NCBI GenBank assembly: GCA_905178155.1
Contig: CAJINV010000012.1
Coordinates: 2,581,407 to 2,645,406 of the forward strand
Length of the DNA: 64,000 nucleotides
Direction: 5' to 3'
DNA from: Amoebophrya sp. A120
Lineage: Eukaryota; Protista; Dinoflagellata
Under the pieces are notes generated by a model that saw nothing but the letters and a program-made list of their open reading frames with translations, did not search any database and had not been told where the DNA came from. The translations under genes were made by a program, and so were the position numbers. This document shows positions 13,533 through 26,300 of the stretch, piece after piece (position 1 is the first letter of the stretch; each line of letters begins with the position of its first letter).

Positions 13533-15905
13533 TCAGAAGTAGTTTCCGTGTACTTTCGTGTAGTGCAGGTACATCAGTGCACCCACCTCGAGCAGCGAGG
13601 GTATTATGCAGAAGACGAATAGAATGTACCAAAAGTAGTCAAAGTGGCTGTCTTATCCAAGAAAAAAACATTGTAGGTGTAACTTTTTTGGAGGAACAGC
13701 ATTACAAATTTGTCGGGCATGACAGCAAAAACCTGTCATGCGAAAATAGTACGTGAAAACGCCGTTTAGTGGACCCTACGATGCATGCCAAGCATGACAG
13801 ACGCAATCGTCTTGCATGTTAAGCATCACAAATTTACACTAACAACGTTTTTTTCTTGGATATGTCTCCATTCAATCCAAACACCATGATGCTCACCACC
13901 CCGGAAAAGTGCAATATGGAAGTGTCAGGTTTGAAATCGTCAAAGTTGAAATAGTTTGTAATGCATAAAATGCATGACCCGAGGCACGTGTGTTGCAGAG
14001 CAGGCAAGTGAGGCCGATTGTAAGCCTGTTTGGGGTTACAGCTCGAGCTGCTAAAGTAACATGAGAAAATCGCTCCTCTTTGCCTAAACAGCATGACAAA
14101 GTGGATTTAGGGACCACCGAAATTTGTCTTGCGCCACTTGGAAACTGGGTTCCAACTGGCATCCATTTTATGCATGACAAATTATTTCAACTTTGTCGAT
14201 TTCAACTCTGACACATCCATATGCAACAGCGTCTGGATAAAGGAGTGCCGGTTAAGGAGGACAGTCAAATATGCATTGCAAAAGGAAAATAACTGTGGCC
14301 CTCGTACTAATTGCAGTCATGCGTGATGATTCTAACTTTCTACCTGATCTAGCATGACAATAAACTCCATTTTTGTATTGGTTCTGGAGAAAATTTGTTC
14401 TACTTGTAATGCAATTTATACTACGCACGATCTTCAGTTTGCAATGCATATTGACCCGACCAAAACCATACTGCTGACTTCGAAGAGGCCACTATCCTGT
14501 GCAAAAGTATCGTACTCGTACAAATTGCTATCATGCATCACAAATATCCCTTTTTAGATGAATCAGCATTACAAATTCCGTTTTTCCTTTTGAAAAAATT
14601 TGTGATGCAATTACTTATACATTATGTTAATGCGAAAAAAGAGGTAGACAGAGGGTAAACAAGAGGTGGCCGAGAGGTCAAAAAGAGGTCAAAAGAGGTA
14701 AAAAAGAGGTCGACAGAGGTGGAGAGGTGGCGCGGGACCCCTTTCGAGAGGGTCGGCGAGAGGGTGCGCGAGTATAGCCCGCCGAAGGCCCCACCTTAAG
14801 GCGGCGCCTAAGTGCCTCAGAGGGTGCAGAGAGGTCAAAAAGAGGGGGCGCGAGAGGTCGACAGAGGTCGAGAGAGGTGGCGCGAATAAGGGGCGACCTC
14901 TCGCGGACCCTCTTGGCCACCTCTCGGCCACCTCTGTCGACCTCTGCCCGCGAGTATAGCCGGATTATTAGCGGGGACCCCCAAAAGAGGTAAAAAAGAG
15001 GGTCTGCGAGAGGTCTGCGAGAGGGTAAAAGCACAAAGTGGCGGGCGCGAATCCGCATGGTACTGCCCATATTTGGCATTGCCGGCCATTCGCGGACTTG
15101 TTTTGTTCGGCGTCTGTCCCCGCCACCCTCGCTCTCGCGCACCCTCTCGCGCCACCCTCTCGCGCCACCCTCTCGCGTCACCCTCTCGCGCCACCCTCTC
15201 GCGCCACCCTCTCGCGCCACCCTCTCGCGCCACCCTCTCGCGCTACCCTCTCGCGCCACCCTCTCGCGCTACCCCCTCCCGCCAGGCGGCTTCTGTTCGC
15301 CCCCGGCGTTCTTTGCAGCTGCTCCCTGCGCAGAGCGCCCGCAGGCGCGGGAAGCGCGCAAGTGGTCCAGCGGGTTGGCGCGGCGCAAACCGGCGGCACG
15401 AAAGCAGTGTGCTTCGTTGTGCATAGGCACGTGGGGATGTGGTCCGATCGGCAAACAGTCTTGCCCCGGCCCAACAGCCTTGCGCTCCGGCGGCAGCCGG
15501 AGCATGGCTGGTTCATACTAGTGCGATACTTTTGCAATGCATAGCCACATATGATCGCCAATACGAGGGCGGCCTGGAACTCCGCATCAAAGGAGGCATA
15601 ATCGTCGGTGTACACGTTGCGGCTCGCCTTCGGATATGAAATAATGCAAAAGCATCGTACTAGTATAAATCGCATGACAAATTCCCTCAGCATGAAAAAT
15701 GAAATTTGTAATGCGGATTTAGGTTAGGAGGGAGATTTGTAATGCATGATTGCGAATTATACTACGAGTACGATACTTTTGCACAGGATATCGGAAGCGC
15801 GGTGAGAACGTAGGGGGCCCGGTCCTGCAGCAGCGTGATGCAAAAAATCAGCTGGGCGGATGTGGTGAGAAAACGCGTCGGAATCACGATGTCTGAGACA
15901 TACAT
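13533..15905 (-). CDS. TMEM107: Transmembrane protein 107 (ciliary transition zone), 6 exons, 147 aa; not visible in ORF track
   Basis: Splicing 5 introners gives MYVSDIVIPTRFLTTSAQLIFCITLLQDR...ALP|KASR...FQAALVLAIICG|LFEV...SFIQTLL|HFSG...D|SHFDYFWYILFVFCIIPSLLEVG..., resembling TMEM107 (VPSRFLTL...YWYIFVFCSALP) in sequence and length. Confidence 0.85.
13654..13862. mobile_element. Introner family E (intron of TMEM107)
   Basis: TATCCAAGAAAAAAAC...GTTTTTTTCTTGGATA; DR tgtct. Confidence 0.9.
13915..14221. mobile_element. Introner family J (intron of TMEM107)
   Basis: ~55-bp TIR TATGGAAGTGTCAGGTTTGAAATCG / CGATTTCAACTCTGACACATCCATA; DR tgcaa. Confidence 0.9.
14270..14450. mobile_element. Degenerate introner family B (intron of TMEM107)
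   Basis: TATGCATTGCAAA...TTTGCAATGCATA; DR decayed (tcaaa/ttgac), but removing element + 5 nt restores frame. Confidence 0.75.
14493..15543. mobile_element. Long (1051 bp) family B introner with GC-rich minisatellite cargo (intron of TMEM107)
   Basis: TATCCTGTGCAAAAGTATCGTACTCGTA...GTGCGATACTTTTGCAATGCATA; DR gccac; second copy inverted at 56477-57565. Confidence 0.9.
15121..15275. repeat. 13-bp tandem repeat (CCCTCTCGCGCCA)n inside long introner
   Basis: About 11-12 near-identical units; source of spurious ARGWRERV repeat ORFs. Confidence 0.9.
15635..15790. mobile_element. Introner family B (intron of TMEM107)
   Basis: TATGAAATAATGCAAAAGCATCG...CGATACTTTTGCACAGGATA; DR tcgga. Confidence 0.9.
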
Positions 15906-16928
15906 TTTCAATCTCTCCACTGAAGTTTGGTCTTTGGTATTCTTGAAGTTTGTTGACGAGTTTCTTCCTTTAATACTTCACTTCTGTAGCCTTCTTGTGC
16001 TGTGATGTGATGAGTCCTCATCACGCACTTATCGGTGCAAGATAGAGTGAAGACGAGCAGTGAAATATGATCGCGAAGTACAACCGCCCGCAGGCGGAGG
16101 TGATGACCTTCATCGTCGAATGAAGTAGTTGTAGGGCACAACTCCTACACGCAGCGCAATGTTGCAGGAGCAACTACATCGATGATTCTTACATAGTTGA
16201 CCCCGACACCACCACGCGTTGGCGTTCTGCTTGTGGAGCTGCCGACGTTGAGATCAAAATGTAAATCATGTGGTCACGTGATTGTACAACCATAAACAAG
16301 ATCGTGTCCTCACACTCAACGTGTTCTTTTCATCTGCTCTCGAGAGTTCTACAGCTGGTGGTCCACCACAGGATACTTACTAAATTGTAGAAGGAGGTGT
16401 TTAAGATTAAGACGCACGGCGTCTGAGCGGTATAGGCTGGTCGTCCTGGCCTGTAGCAGCGCAATATGCTGAAAATAGTGCATCAAAATCGATGCCCATA
16501 AGCAGTCACCAATGTGATCATTCGGCTTCCTCCGTGATGGCTCTCCTCCTCAGGGATGAAGGCTGGAACAAAGATGAAGCGGTCCCTCCACCTGAGTAGA
16601 AACATCAAATCTGTTTCTGAATAATGCCTCTTGCCTTTCATTTTGCAGAAAACCTCCGAAGAGAAATTCTTGTACAAAATCGAGCTCATCGTTCCCGGTT
16701 GGTCATCTCGACCTTGGTGAAGTAGTCGCTGTTTCCTGTTCATTCTTGATGAAAACGCATGCCTACTCGTCTTCCGTAGCAGCTACTCGGTAGATTTTTA
16801 GGACTAAATGGGAGATGTTTTCGAGACTGCAAGGTAACAAAGCGGAGCCGGGGGAGGTATCAGCGTCCTCACCACTATGCACTCATACGGAGTTCCACAA
16901 AAGTTTCTTCGAAATTTCTAATAGATAG

Positions 16929-17419
16929 ATAGAACAAGGTAACAAGGAACCTAGACGTGACCGGGGGGGTCACGTCCGTCCGGCCGGCCGGACGGACGGC
17001 ACGTGACCGGGGGTCGGTCGTGGCGCTAGGAGGTGGTGGCCACTGCGGACCGCGCGCCCGGGCAACTAAAAAAAAAAAAAAAAAGTCATGAGCTCGGCAC
17101 TTCACTGAAGCGCTGCCTCTCTTCGTCACGCTCCGCCCCCGGTCACGAGGCCGGGGGCTGTCAGCTAGCTCGGGCGCCCAACTAAAAAAAAAAGGTCATG
17201 AGTTCGGTCTTTCACGGAAAAAGGCACGACTCTTGCGCCTGGTCCGCCGTCGGTGACGCGGCCGGGGGCTTCTAGCTACCGAGGGCCACAGTTGCTGCGG
17301 CATTCAGCGCCGAACTCGCCCCGAGGCCGGATCACCCCCGGTCACGTGCCGTCCGTCCGGCCGGACGGACGGACGTGACCCCCCCGGTCACGTCTACGTT
17401 CCTTGTTACCCTGTTCATA
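16929..17419. mobile_element. GC-rich MITE with ~80-bp TIRs downstream of the F-box gene
   Basis: GAACAAGGTAACAAGGAACCTAGACGTGACCGGGGGGGTCACGTCCGTCC / GGACGGACGTGACCCCCCCGGTCACGTCTACGTTCCTTGTTACCCTGTTCATA; two internal CAACT(A)nGTCATGAG direct repeats; no clear TSD. Confidence 0.8.
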
Positions 17420-17466
17420 CAGAGCTCGTGTTTTGAAGATGTCCTATTTACAACTCTGCACATCAA

Positions 17467-20400
17467 TCACCTTGGAATCTGCACAAAGTGGCAGCAGCAG
17501 CAGTTGGATTGCCAGAAACCGAACAAGAAGTTGCTGTCCGCTCGGAGCTCGATCCGCATCCACTTTTGAAAGCTGTCCGCGGTCCGGTAGACCGTGATCC
17601 ACTGCTGGATGTCGCTCCATTCGCCGTACAATACGCCCAGCTCCGAGTCGATCATCCGAAACCTTTCCGCCGGGTACTTGGGCACGACGGCGGCCAGGTG
17701 GCCCGCGACGGTGCCGTCGGAGTAAAACCTCGTGCCGAATAGAAACTCATCCTGTGCAAAAGCATCGCAGCTCTCGTATAAATTGCAGTCATGTATGTTG
17801 ATATCTTTGCCACCCTGAGCCCGCATTACAAATTCCGCTTTCGTTCTTGCCAAAATTGGTATATGCAATCCATCCTACTAGTACGATACCGATAAAGTTT
17901 CGCGATGCATAAAAGTGGTTGGGAAACAGTTTCGCGTCGTGGCGGCTGGCGGAAGCGAGGGTCGTGGTGTGCTGTTCTCGCGAAGAAGTGGTGGCACCGC
18001 GGCAACTTTGTGAAGTAGATGTCGACGCATTTTTAGAAGTAGTAGCTGTTGGAGGACCACAAAGCAGGAAAGACCGGTTTTTACTTCGAGGAACTATCCC
18101 CGAAAAACGGTAAGCCGCCTTGACAAACTCCAAGTGCTGATGCTTCAGGTACTCGGCTTTTGCGGTTTCTCTTTCTTGTTCCTCGTGCTCTTCTCTCGTC
18201 GCGACAGGATGGGGATTGAAGGTGGGCATCATCATCATGTGGGCCATACATAAGGCCTCGATGTCCGGGAGTCGGGTCGTGAAAATTCGGGCCGCGAGAA
18301 AAGGCAACAGCTGCTCGTCGGCCTCCACGTTGATGTGTTGGCTATCATCCTCCTCATTTTTGCCTTTCACGCGAATCAGAAACTGCAGGGACGGGTCCTT
18401 CGGGAACCCCATGAGAAGCGCTGTCGCAGCCACGTTTCTCCATCTTTCCATTTGGAAGGAATCAAAGCTCTGTGGCGAACTGGCCCGCAGGGACCATTTG
18501 TAAGAAGGGAGGAGAAATTTTGTACAGGAAGATGAATTCCTTGCGGGAGCACGACCTTGGCGCGCTGGGTGATCCTCACGACCACGAGGACCAGTTATTG
18601 CAGTTGTGCCGATCATGTTGTCGTAGTTGTTCACCACGGTGGAGCCATCGTTGCAGATTTGTTCGCCAGCGGGTGCACCACCTTCTCCCCCACCGCGGCG
18701 GGCGCGAAAGTGCAACACAGCAATGACGTCCGTGACTGCGAGTAGGTACGCTTGCTCGGACGTGTTGCAGACGAGCTGCTGGGCGCAGAGTCTGGGTACG
18801 AATTGGTTAAACGCAGACGGCAACATCATGTCGCGCAACAGCGCGAGAAGAGACTGGAGGAAGGTTTGGCATCTTGGCGAGTGTTCAGAATTTCCGTGCT
18901 TGGCCTGTTCATCATTGCTACGTTCTTCTACTGGCTCAACAAGTTCATCAGGACCACATGCCGCACTTGTTTCCACGTCCAGAAGGCCGTCGCATGGCCC
19001 AAGCGCATGGGTCCTCCTCAGCGCCCCCTGCAAGTCATCAAATAGAAAAGCAGCGGAAATAGAGAGTTGACTACACAGCTGGCGCACGAGGTGCACACCA
19101 CGCCGGCCGCCCGGTCGGCTTTGTACTAGGTCAGCAACATCTTCCTCCTGCTGCAGGGGGTAGTTGATTGACGAATGCTGCACATGATTAGTTCCTGGCT
19201 CCTTTTCTGCTCGGTCTCCTTCCGAAGCCGCAGCTGCCACGGCGGCGAACAGGGAAAAGTCGGCTTTCGTATCCAAGAAAAAAACTGTGTTAGTGTAACT
19301 TTCTTTGGTTGACAGCATCACAAATTTGCCCTACATTGTCATGCGTGGATTGTAAGGGAAAACACACAGGGAAAGAGGACTTCATGGCTGTCTGGCATGA
19401 CAGGCGTAACTCTATTGCATGTTCTGCATTACAGAGTTACACTTACACAGTGTTTTTCTTACATATTTCGCCCAGGAAGTGCACAAGAGCCAGTCGTCGT
19501 CGTCGGAGGTGGCGCGGGCGGCTGGGCCGGAGGTTTTCTCATGGTCTTCATCCCAGTAACTGTAACAAGTCGAAGCTATCGTACTTTTTTGCGCCGTTGT
19601 ACCACCTGCAACTACATTATAATTCGAGGTCGCTTGCGTTGCAGTTCGCGCTGCCGGGAGAAACACGGGCGTGGGAGGAGGTGCTTGAAGGGCAACACCA
19701 ACTAGTTGTACTGCAACTGCACCTTCATGATTGCCTGTCGAGCAAGTCGTTGGTCCGGGAGGTGCAGATATCGCTGTTGCGTGATTTTCCACATCATGCT
19801 GCCCCTGTTCTTGCGCAGCCATCTTCGCATGAATCAGAAGCTGGTGTCTCCTGCGTTCAACGGTAAGATTGTGGTCCATCAGACACGCGTCCGTGGTGCG
19901 CAGAAAGTCCGCACACCAGACAAGACTGCGCGTCACATCTTCCAGAGCGAGCGACAGACTTACTGCATTCTTTTTCGGTGCTGGATTAAACTGCTTATCC
20001 TGCGACCACTGCGTCATCTTCTTGTTGTTCGCATTGGCAGCATGGTGCTTGTTGTGGTGATACCAAAACAGGGTTTTGTAGTACACCCTCCAGGACCTGT
20101 ACAGGCTCAAATAGACGTTGATCCGCCGGAATTCCGTGTCATCCTGGTCAATGTCAGAATACTCGCCACGAGAACCTCGAGAGGGAAGTAGACCGTGTGT
20201 TGCGCCGTTGTTCGCGAGTAAAAACGCGGCTTCCCTGCGTGTGTTAGTTGGGAAGTGCCGCTGGTAGGGGTTCTTTTTCAGTGAAATTATGTGGGTCCTC
20301 TGCGACTGCTGCAGCGACGATGGCGCGGAGAGAACTGCTCCTGCTGCACCAGAGCCACCACTAGAGGACGTACCAGGCCCAACTCCATTTTGCGCCATCA

Positions 20401-21652
20401 TCGAAAGAACGGGTGGTGCAAACAACGCGATGTGCTCTGGGTGAAGGTGAAAGTGTTGGTACTGTCTCATGTGGCGAACGTGTTGCTTGCTCTGCGTCAT
20501 CTCCTCTTGCAGGACGGCACAGGGAGGAAAGACGTTTTGCTTCGGAAAAGTAAACTCCTCGAGGGCGTCGCTCCCACCACACGAACTCATCAACCGCTCG
20601 AAGTGATCGCGCAGAAACAACTCGCGCCAAAACTCGCCCACGGCAAGCTGGGACGCGAAAGTTGTACTATTGGAGTAGGAATTCATTCCCGATCCCGCGC
20701 TTCCTCCTGCACAACTTTGATGCTGGCCCGTCGCGGGGACCGCTCCACAAGCACCAGCGAGTTTGTGGTCTTCACGTTCTTCCTCTTGTTGCCCAAAAAT
20801 CGCCTGGTGCCACTCTTTACACACTAACGAGCACGTCCGCACGATGTCTGCCCCCGAGAGAAACTGGAAGCACAAGTGCCAAATCTCCAACGGAATGAAC
20901 GGATCATCTTCAATGCCGGCCTCAAGAATGACGCCGGCGTTGTTTTTCGAAAGCTTGTTCTGCGCCGTTTTGGGTCCACCCACCTGCCGTGTTGTATTGT
21001 CTAGTACACTGCTGCTGGAGTTAATATTTCCATCCCCCACTTCTGTCTCAACCTTTTGCGTGAACCTTTCCAGATCGCGGTTCAATGACTCCAGCCGATT
21101 ACCGGTGGTCGCACTAGTCCGCTGGAATTTCTGCAGGCCCGACTGCGCGGCCAGGAGCCAGTCCGGCAGCTGCGACTTCGAACTTCCTTTTGTTAATGGT
21201 ACATCAGGTGCAGCGGTTTTCGGTTTGCTCGCACCAGCTTCGACATTTTCTACATCTGAAAGGGATGACGCGGGTGCTGTTTGGACACGTTCTTCTTCGA
21301 CGACTTCCCCGCCCGGTGAATCATGTACGGGTGCTGTTGGAGGTGTGTTCAGTACAGCAACCTCTGCGGCTATGTTGACTGGTGCTTGATGTTCCAGTTT
21401 ATTTTCGGAGCTGTGACCTTCTTGGCGTACTGGTACTTCTACCTGTAGTTCTTCATCAGCACCTTCTTGGCCTTGCTTCCCGTCTTCGCAGCTGTCAGCA
21501 GCTGCATTAGCATTGCCATTCTTGTCCCCGGAAAATGTCAGGCTATCCTTCAGAAGTTCCTCCTCTGCCACCGATGTTGACGTCGAAAGGCCAGAATCTG
21601 TTGCCTCTATCCCCGCAGATGAGGACGCCATGGTCGGCGGGACCACTGTCAT
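17467..21652 (-). CDS. F-box domain protein, 3 exons
   Basis: F-box motif IPLEIWHLCFQFLSGADIVRTCSLVCKEW; ORFs 19412-21652, 17789-19321 and 17467-17868 join in frame after removing two introners. Confidence 0.75.
17748..17911. mobile_element. Degenerate introner family B (intron of F-box gene)
   Basis: CATCCTGTGCAAAAGCATCG...GATGCATA; DR aaact/aaagt; spliced NHF|LFG. Confidence 0.75.
19270..19465. mobile_element. Introner family E (intron of F-box gene)
   Basis: TATCCAAGAAAAAAACTGTGT...ACACAGTGTTTTTCTTACATA; DR tttcg. Confidence 0.85.
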
Positions 21653-23306
21653 TATTACGTCGTTGTTGTATCTGCTGTCGGTACTAGTATCGGCACACCC
21701 TCTTCTTCTTCTTGTATTGTTGTGATTCGGGACGAAGGCACGTTACCGATGAAACAAAATGCCGTATAGCAGATGCAGAAGAATATGTTCTTGCACCATA
21801 AGAAGCTTATTGTTATTCAGCAACGAGTCTAAGAGCACCGATAAGATAGGGGTAGTAGAACATGAGCAACAGATAGATACTTACGAGAAAATAATTGAAA
21901 TTGTGTGCCGCCACGATCGCAATAGAAAGAAAGGCACGTCAGTACTCAACACAGTTTGAAGAATACGGAACCAGGAGAACAACACGACCATATTAACACG
22001 CCTGCCCCTGCACTAACAAAAGACCTCCCACTGCTCCGGCAACAACAGCAAATAGGGCGGGGGCCGGTCCGGGAGGTCGCAGGTTGATCATAAACAGAAG
22101 AGCAGCGCGTTTTTTTTTCAGGTTCATTATTTCTCCCACTTCCAAATCGCATTGATACGAAATTTACATAAGTAGTCGACGTTGTGACCAACATTAGCAA
22201 TTCATTCAAGTTCTTTCCTACTTCCTACCGCAAGCAAAAAAACTACCTGACTGGCAGTAGAGGAGGACGATTGGAATGCACTTAGAAGCGCCGCGTGCGC
22301 GATGAAATACGCGTAAATAGTGGAGGTCCTCGTCCCCAAACCGATCCTAAAATGCCGCTCTGTTCCAGCATGAGCTTTGGATCACTTTGAATCCGCCACC
22401 CCAGCTGAAGATTGACATTGATGTTATCGCCTTGATGACGATTCAGGCTGATACTGACTTTGTTGGGCCTAATATTTTTCGAGAAAGCGAAAGAAATACC
22501 GGCTTCGAAAAAAAGCAGTACATAATCTTTTTACGTAGCTGTTCTATAGTTCAATTGTAATCTATCTCTCGAATCACTTCTGCTTCTTACGGTACCAGTA
22601 GCAGGATTACAGATCGTTGTACTGTACGTAGTTATAAAAAAATCACTTCTTTGATTTCGAGCTTCATGCGTAGTTTGCTATAGTTTGGGTTCTTTGTAAT
22701 TTGAAATATGAGCAATTTTGAGAGGTTTTTTCATCATTCGCGCAAACCGTTCTGACGAATGGTTTCAATTTATTCTTGACTTGTCAACAAAATTTGAAAA
22801 TAAGTGCTGGTCCTACTACGTGTAAAAGCAGGCGCTAAAAAAAATCATGTGGCCGCTTCTTGTTGTTTCACTAGTACCAGCAGCACGAAAACAACCGTGG
22901 TAAGAGTTGTTGTTCTCCTGGTCTTGGATAAGATAGACTCAACGAGGAACACCTCGCTCGTCCACGACCGGCAGCTCCCCATACCCCGAAACCAATTCTT
23001 TGTGGGACCTCCCCCACAGAAAAAAAATCGTGATGGAACTACGGAGGAGCAAGCAGCGCCGTGGACGAGCTACGTATTTCATCATAGTTATTTCGTTTTG
23101 TTCGCAAGGAGGTTGGTGTTGTTCGCAAGTGAAGACAGTTCGTCTGGCTGCAGTAGTTAGCGAAAATCGTGATCGTTCGCCACTTCTACTTTAACTGCCA
23201 CCGTCGGCGGGAGAAGAAACTGCTAGGTCGTGTGGGACGCGGTGTTAGCCAAGGTCGTGTTTGTAGTCGAAGAAGTTGCGAAAAATTACATTTCAGTACT
23301 TAATGC

Positions 23307-26300
23307 TCAAACGTCTTCTTCCTCCTCGTCATAGTCATCCTCCCCCCGCGGCCGCCGGCGCGCGTTCTCTTCTTCTCTTTGCCGCTCCCTCTCGGCTTGT
23401 GCTTGAGCTTCAGCTTCTTCCGCGGCATGTTGTGCCTGCAGCTGGGCGGCCGTTTATGCAATGCAAAAGCATCGTACTAGTATATATAAATTGCATTACA
23501 TATTAGCCCAGCATTATAAATTAGTAAATTTGTAATGCTGAATTAACTTGACGAGGAGATTTGTAATGCATAAATGCAATTACTACGAGTGCGATACTTT
23601 TGCACAGGATACCGTTTGCGGCGGTGCTATTCCAGGATTGTACTCGACGACCAGGGCTGGTTGCTCTACTCCTTGGGTCTGTAGATCCGGGCTCAGCGAC
23701 CGGCACATGTACTGACAGTCTTTGTAGTACTGGTTGGGAATCTGGGCTGTGGAGCGGTCGTCTTTTCGATTCTTCATGAAGGCGTAGTTCTGTCTGGAAT
23801 AATATCCACAAAAAAAGAACCATCCCCAACCCCATCCAATTTGTCATGCAAAACGTCCATAAATTCCACTACTTGCCATGCAAAAAACGGATGGGGGCGG
23901 TTCTTTTTTTGTGGATAAGTAATCTTCAATGTTGCAGGTCCGACGGACGAAGAGCCCATTCATCTTGCGCGGGGTGTTATCGCCAGAAAAAACTGTAGTT
24001 TCACTAATGCGGAAAATGTATGTCACAAGTGTTTGTCTTGCTACACATGCAAGACAGTGGATTTTTAGCGGTGTTTTCCCTTAGGAACCTTGCATGGCAA
24101 ATTTTCTCTGTCATGTAGAACAAACTTGTGATGCAAAACCTGCAGAATCCTTACAGTGTAACACTTTTTTCGTACGATAGGTGTCGTGCGGCTTGAGAAA
24201 GTCCAACATGGGTAAGGGATTTTTCGTCACGTGAAACAGGTCCCGCTTGAATTTGCTGTATGGTGGGGGCTTTCGCTTCCGTGGCGCCGCTCGTTGCTTT
24301 TTTCCGCCCTTTGCTTTGCCCCCTGCTTGGCGCTTTAGGTTCAGCCAGCGCCCTTGCTCCTGCTTATTCAAGAGCGGTGGTGTATGTGCGTGGGTCCGGT
24401 GGGCTTTTTTGCCCCCCATTTTGTCAAATTCCAGCACGGGGTTCTCGATCCAGTTCCGGGGCATCAATATTCCGTGCAAAAACGTCTCCGCCCCAAAGTT
24501 GTGATGCAAGTCTGCAACCCTAAAATGTCTCTCATGCAAAGCCCCATCAGGAGCATTTTCTCATGCTATCTGCGAGTTGGTCATGCTGGAATCAGAATAA
24601 GGTAGTAAATTTGTCATGCGGTTCCACTAGCTCAACAGGACTACAGTACGAATCCAAACTTGTCATGCGCGACAACGAAAACTTGTGGATTTGTGTAGCA
24701 GATTTACCATCATCGATTATGACTTATGGGGTCGTGGGGACGTTTTTCCACAGGATAATCAAGAAGTAGGAGTTTTTGGTCACGTCCTGCATGTTCTTGT
24801 GTTCGCGAGCCCCGCCGGCGCGGGCCTTCTTCATCTTCGTGATCCAAAGCTCGAACCGGTTGTAATTGTTTTCCATCTCGACAGTGGCGCAGTTCGTATA
24901 CTTGTAGTTGTTCATCCGGTTTTGGAAGGGAATCCAGAGTTTGTGATGAATCTCGAAGCCCTATCCTGAGTAAAAACGTACCCACACCAGAGTCAGGATG
25001 AGGATTTTGCAACACAAGCCTAGGAGTTTTGTGAGTCACGCGTGACAAGTTGCGCTATGCAGTGTAGTGCAGGTTAGCAAGTGCAGCCGCGTCACAGATT
25101 CATCTGCTCATCCTGTTCACAACATCACAAATTTCAAAACACGATTGGAAATGGCTCTCATGGGGATGCGCATTACAAGTCTTCCTGTCTTTGCAAATCT
25201 GCATTACAACTCTGGTGAGTGTGGGTACGCTTTTACTCAGGATAACCCCTGCGCGCGACTGGAGATGATGCCATCCGCAAAAAAGCCCTTTCGGGTCGTA
25301 TCAAATGGAAAAATCCCCCCACCCCGTATCGAAAACGAAATTCGTGATGCTGTATTTGAGTACACAAATCGACTTGTAATGCTAGAAGGCCAAGGGCCGC
25401 AGTTGTGGCCACCTCGTTTGCAGGCAATTTGTCATGCTGTTTCCCACTTCCAGTTGCTTCCTGTCATGCTGAAGATGCAAGGCTTCCCCACGCCAACCAG
25501 CACCACAGTCCGCATCTTTTCCCTTTTAGCATGACAAAGCTGATTTGTGACTGCAAATCTGCATCACAGATTTCCGTTTTGATATGGGGAGGGGGGATTT
25601 TTCCTCTCAATAGGTCGGACACAGGTGGTTCTTACTCTCCTCCGCCTGAATCCGGCCTACCGGCCTTTTCGAGCTGTAAATGTAGCTGGGTGTCGGGTCC
25701 TGATATTTCTCATGTTTCAGATGCTGGTCGTAAAGGTCCATCTCGTATCAACTGCAAATATGTCTGGGTCTGCAACAGTGCAAGTTTGTCGTGCTTGTCT
25801 GGCATGAGTCTTAAATCTGCGACGGATGAGCAGAAAAGGGCATCTTGCCTGTCATGCAAGAACGCAGTTTGTCATGCGAAAAACGAAACACACACCAGCG
25901 CAAAAACGTGTCCTCATGCTGGGCTGCGTATTGCAGTGCGCCCACAATTCGTAGACTTGCGTCACAAGTTTCCAGACCCAGACACTTTTGGATTTGATAT
26001 CTCGGCGTCGTCGGCTTTTTTTCCGAGAAGCCAGTCTAGCATCCCGCCGGCCGCACTCTTGCCTATCAAAATGAAAAATCCCCCCTCCCGCCCATATCAA
26101 AACTGGATTTTTGTACACAAATCAGATGCGTCTTGCAGTAGTGGACTGCAGGCCCATATCATGCCAATGTAGAGAGGTAGTTTTGGCCTAGGCGCTTAGC
26201 ATGAGGAACGTTTTTTGTAGGCCCAACAGCATTACAAACTGCCTGCATAATGGGCCCGAGCCTATGCCGTTGCTTTCTTGCAAGACAGATGACGCGACTT

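Noticed and set aside
14678-15693. ORFs with ARGWRERV / LSRHPLAPP repeats (also 56718-57380)
   Set aside because: Artefacts of the 13-bp minisatellite inside the long introners; open in several frames with no transposase motif.
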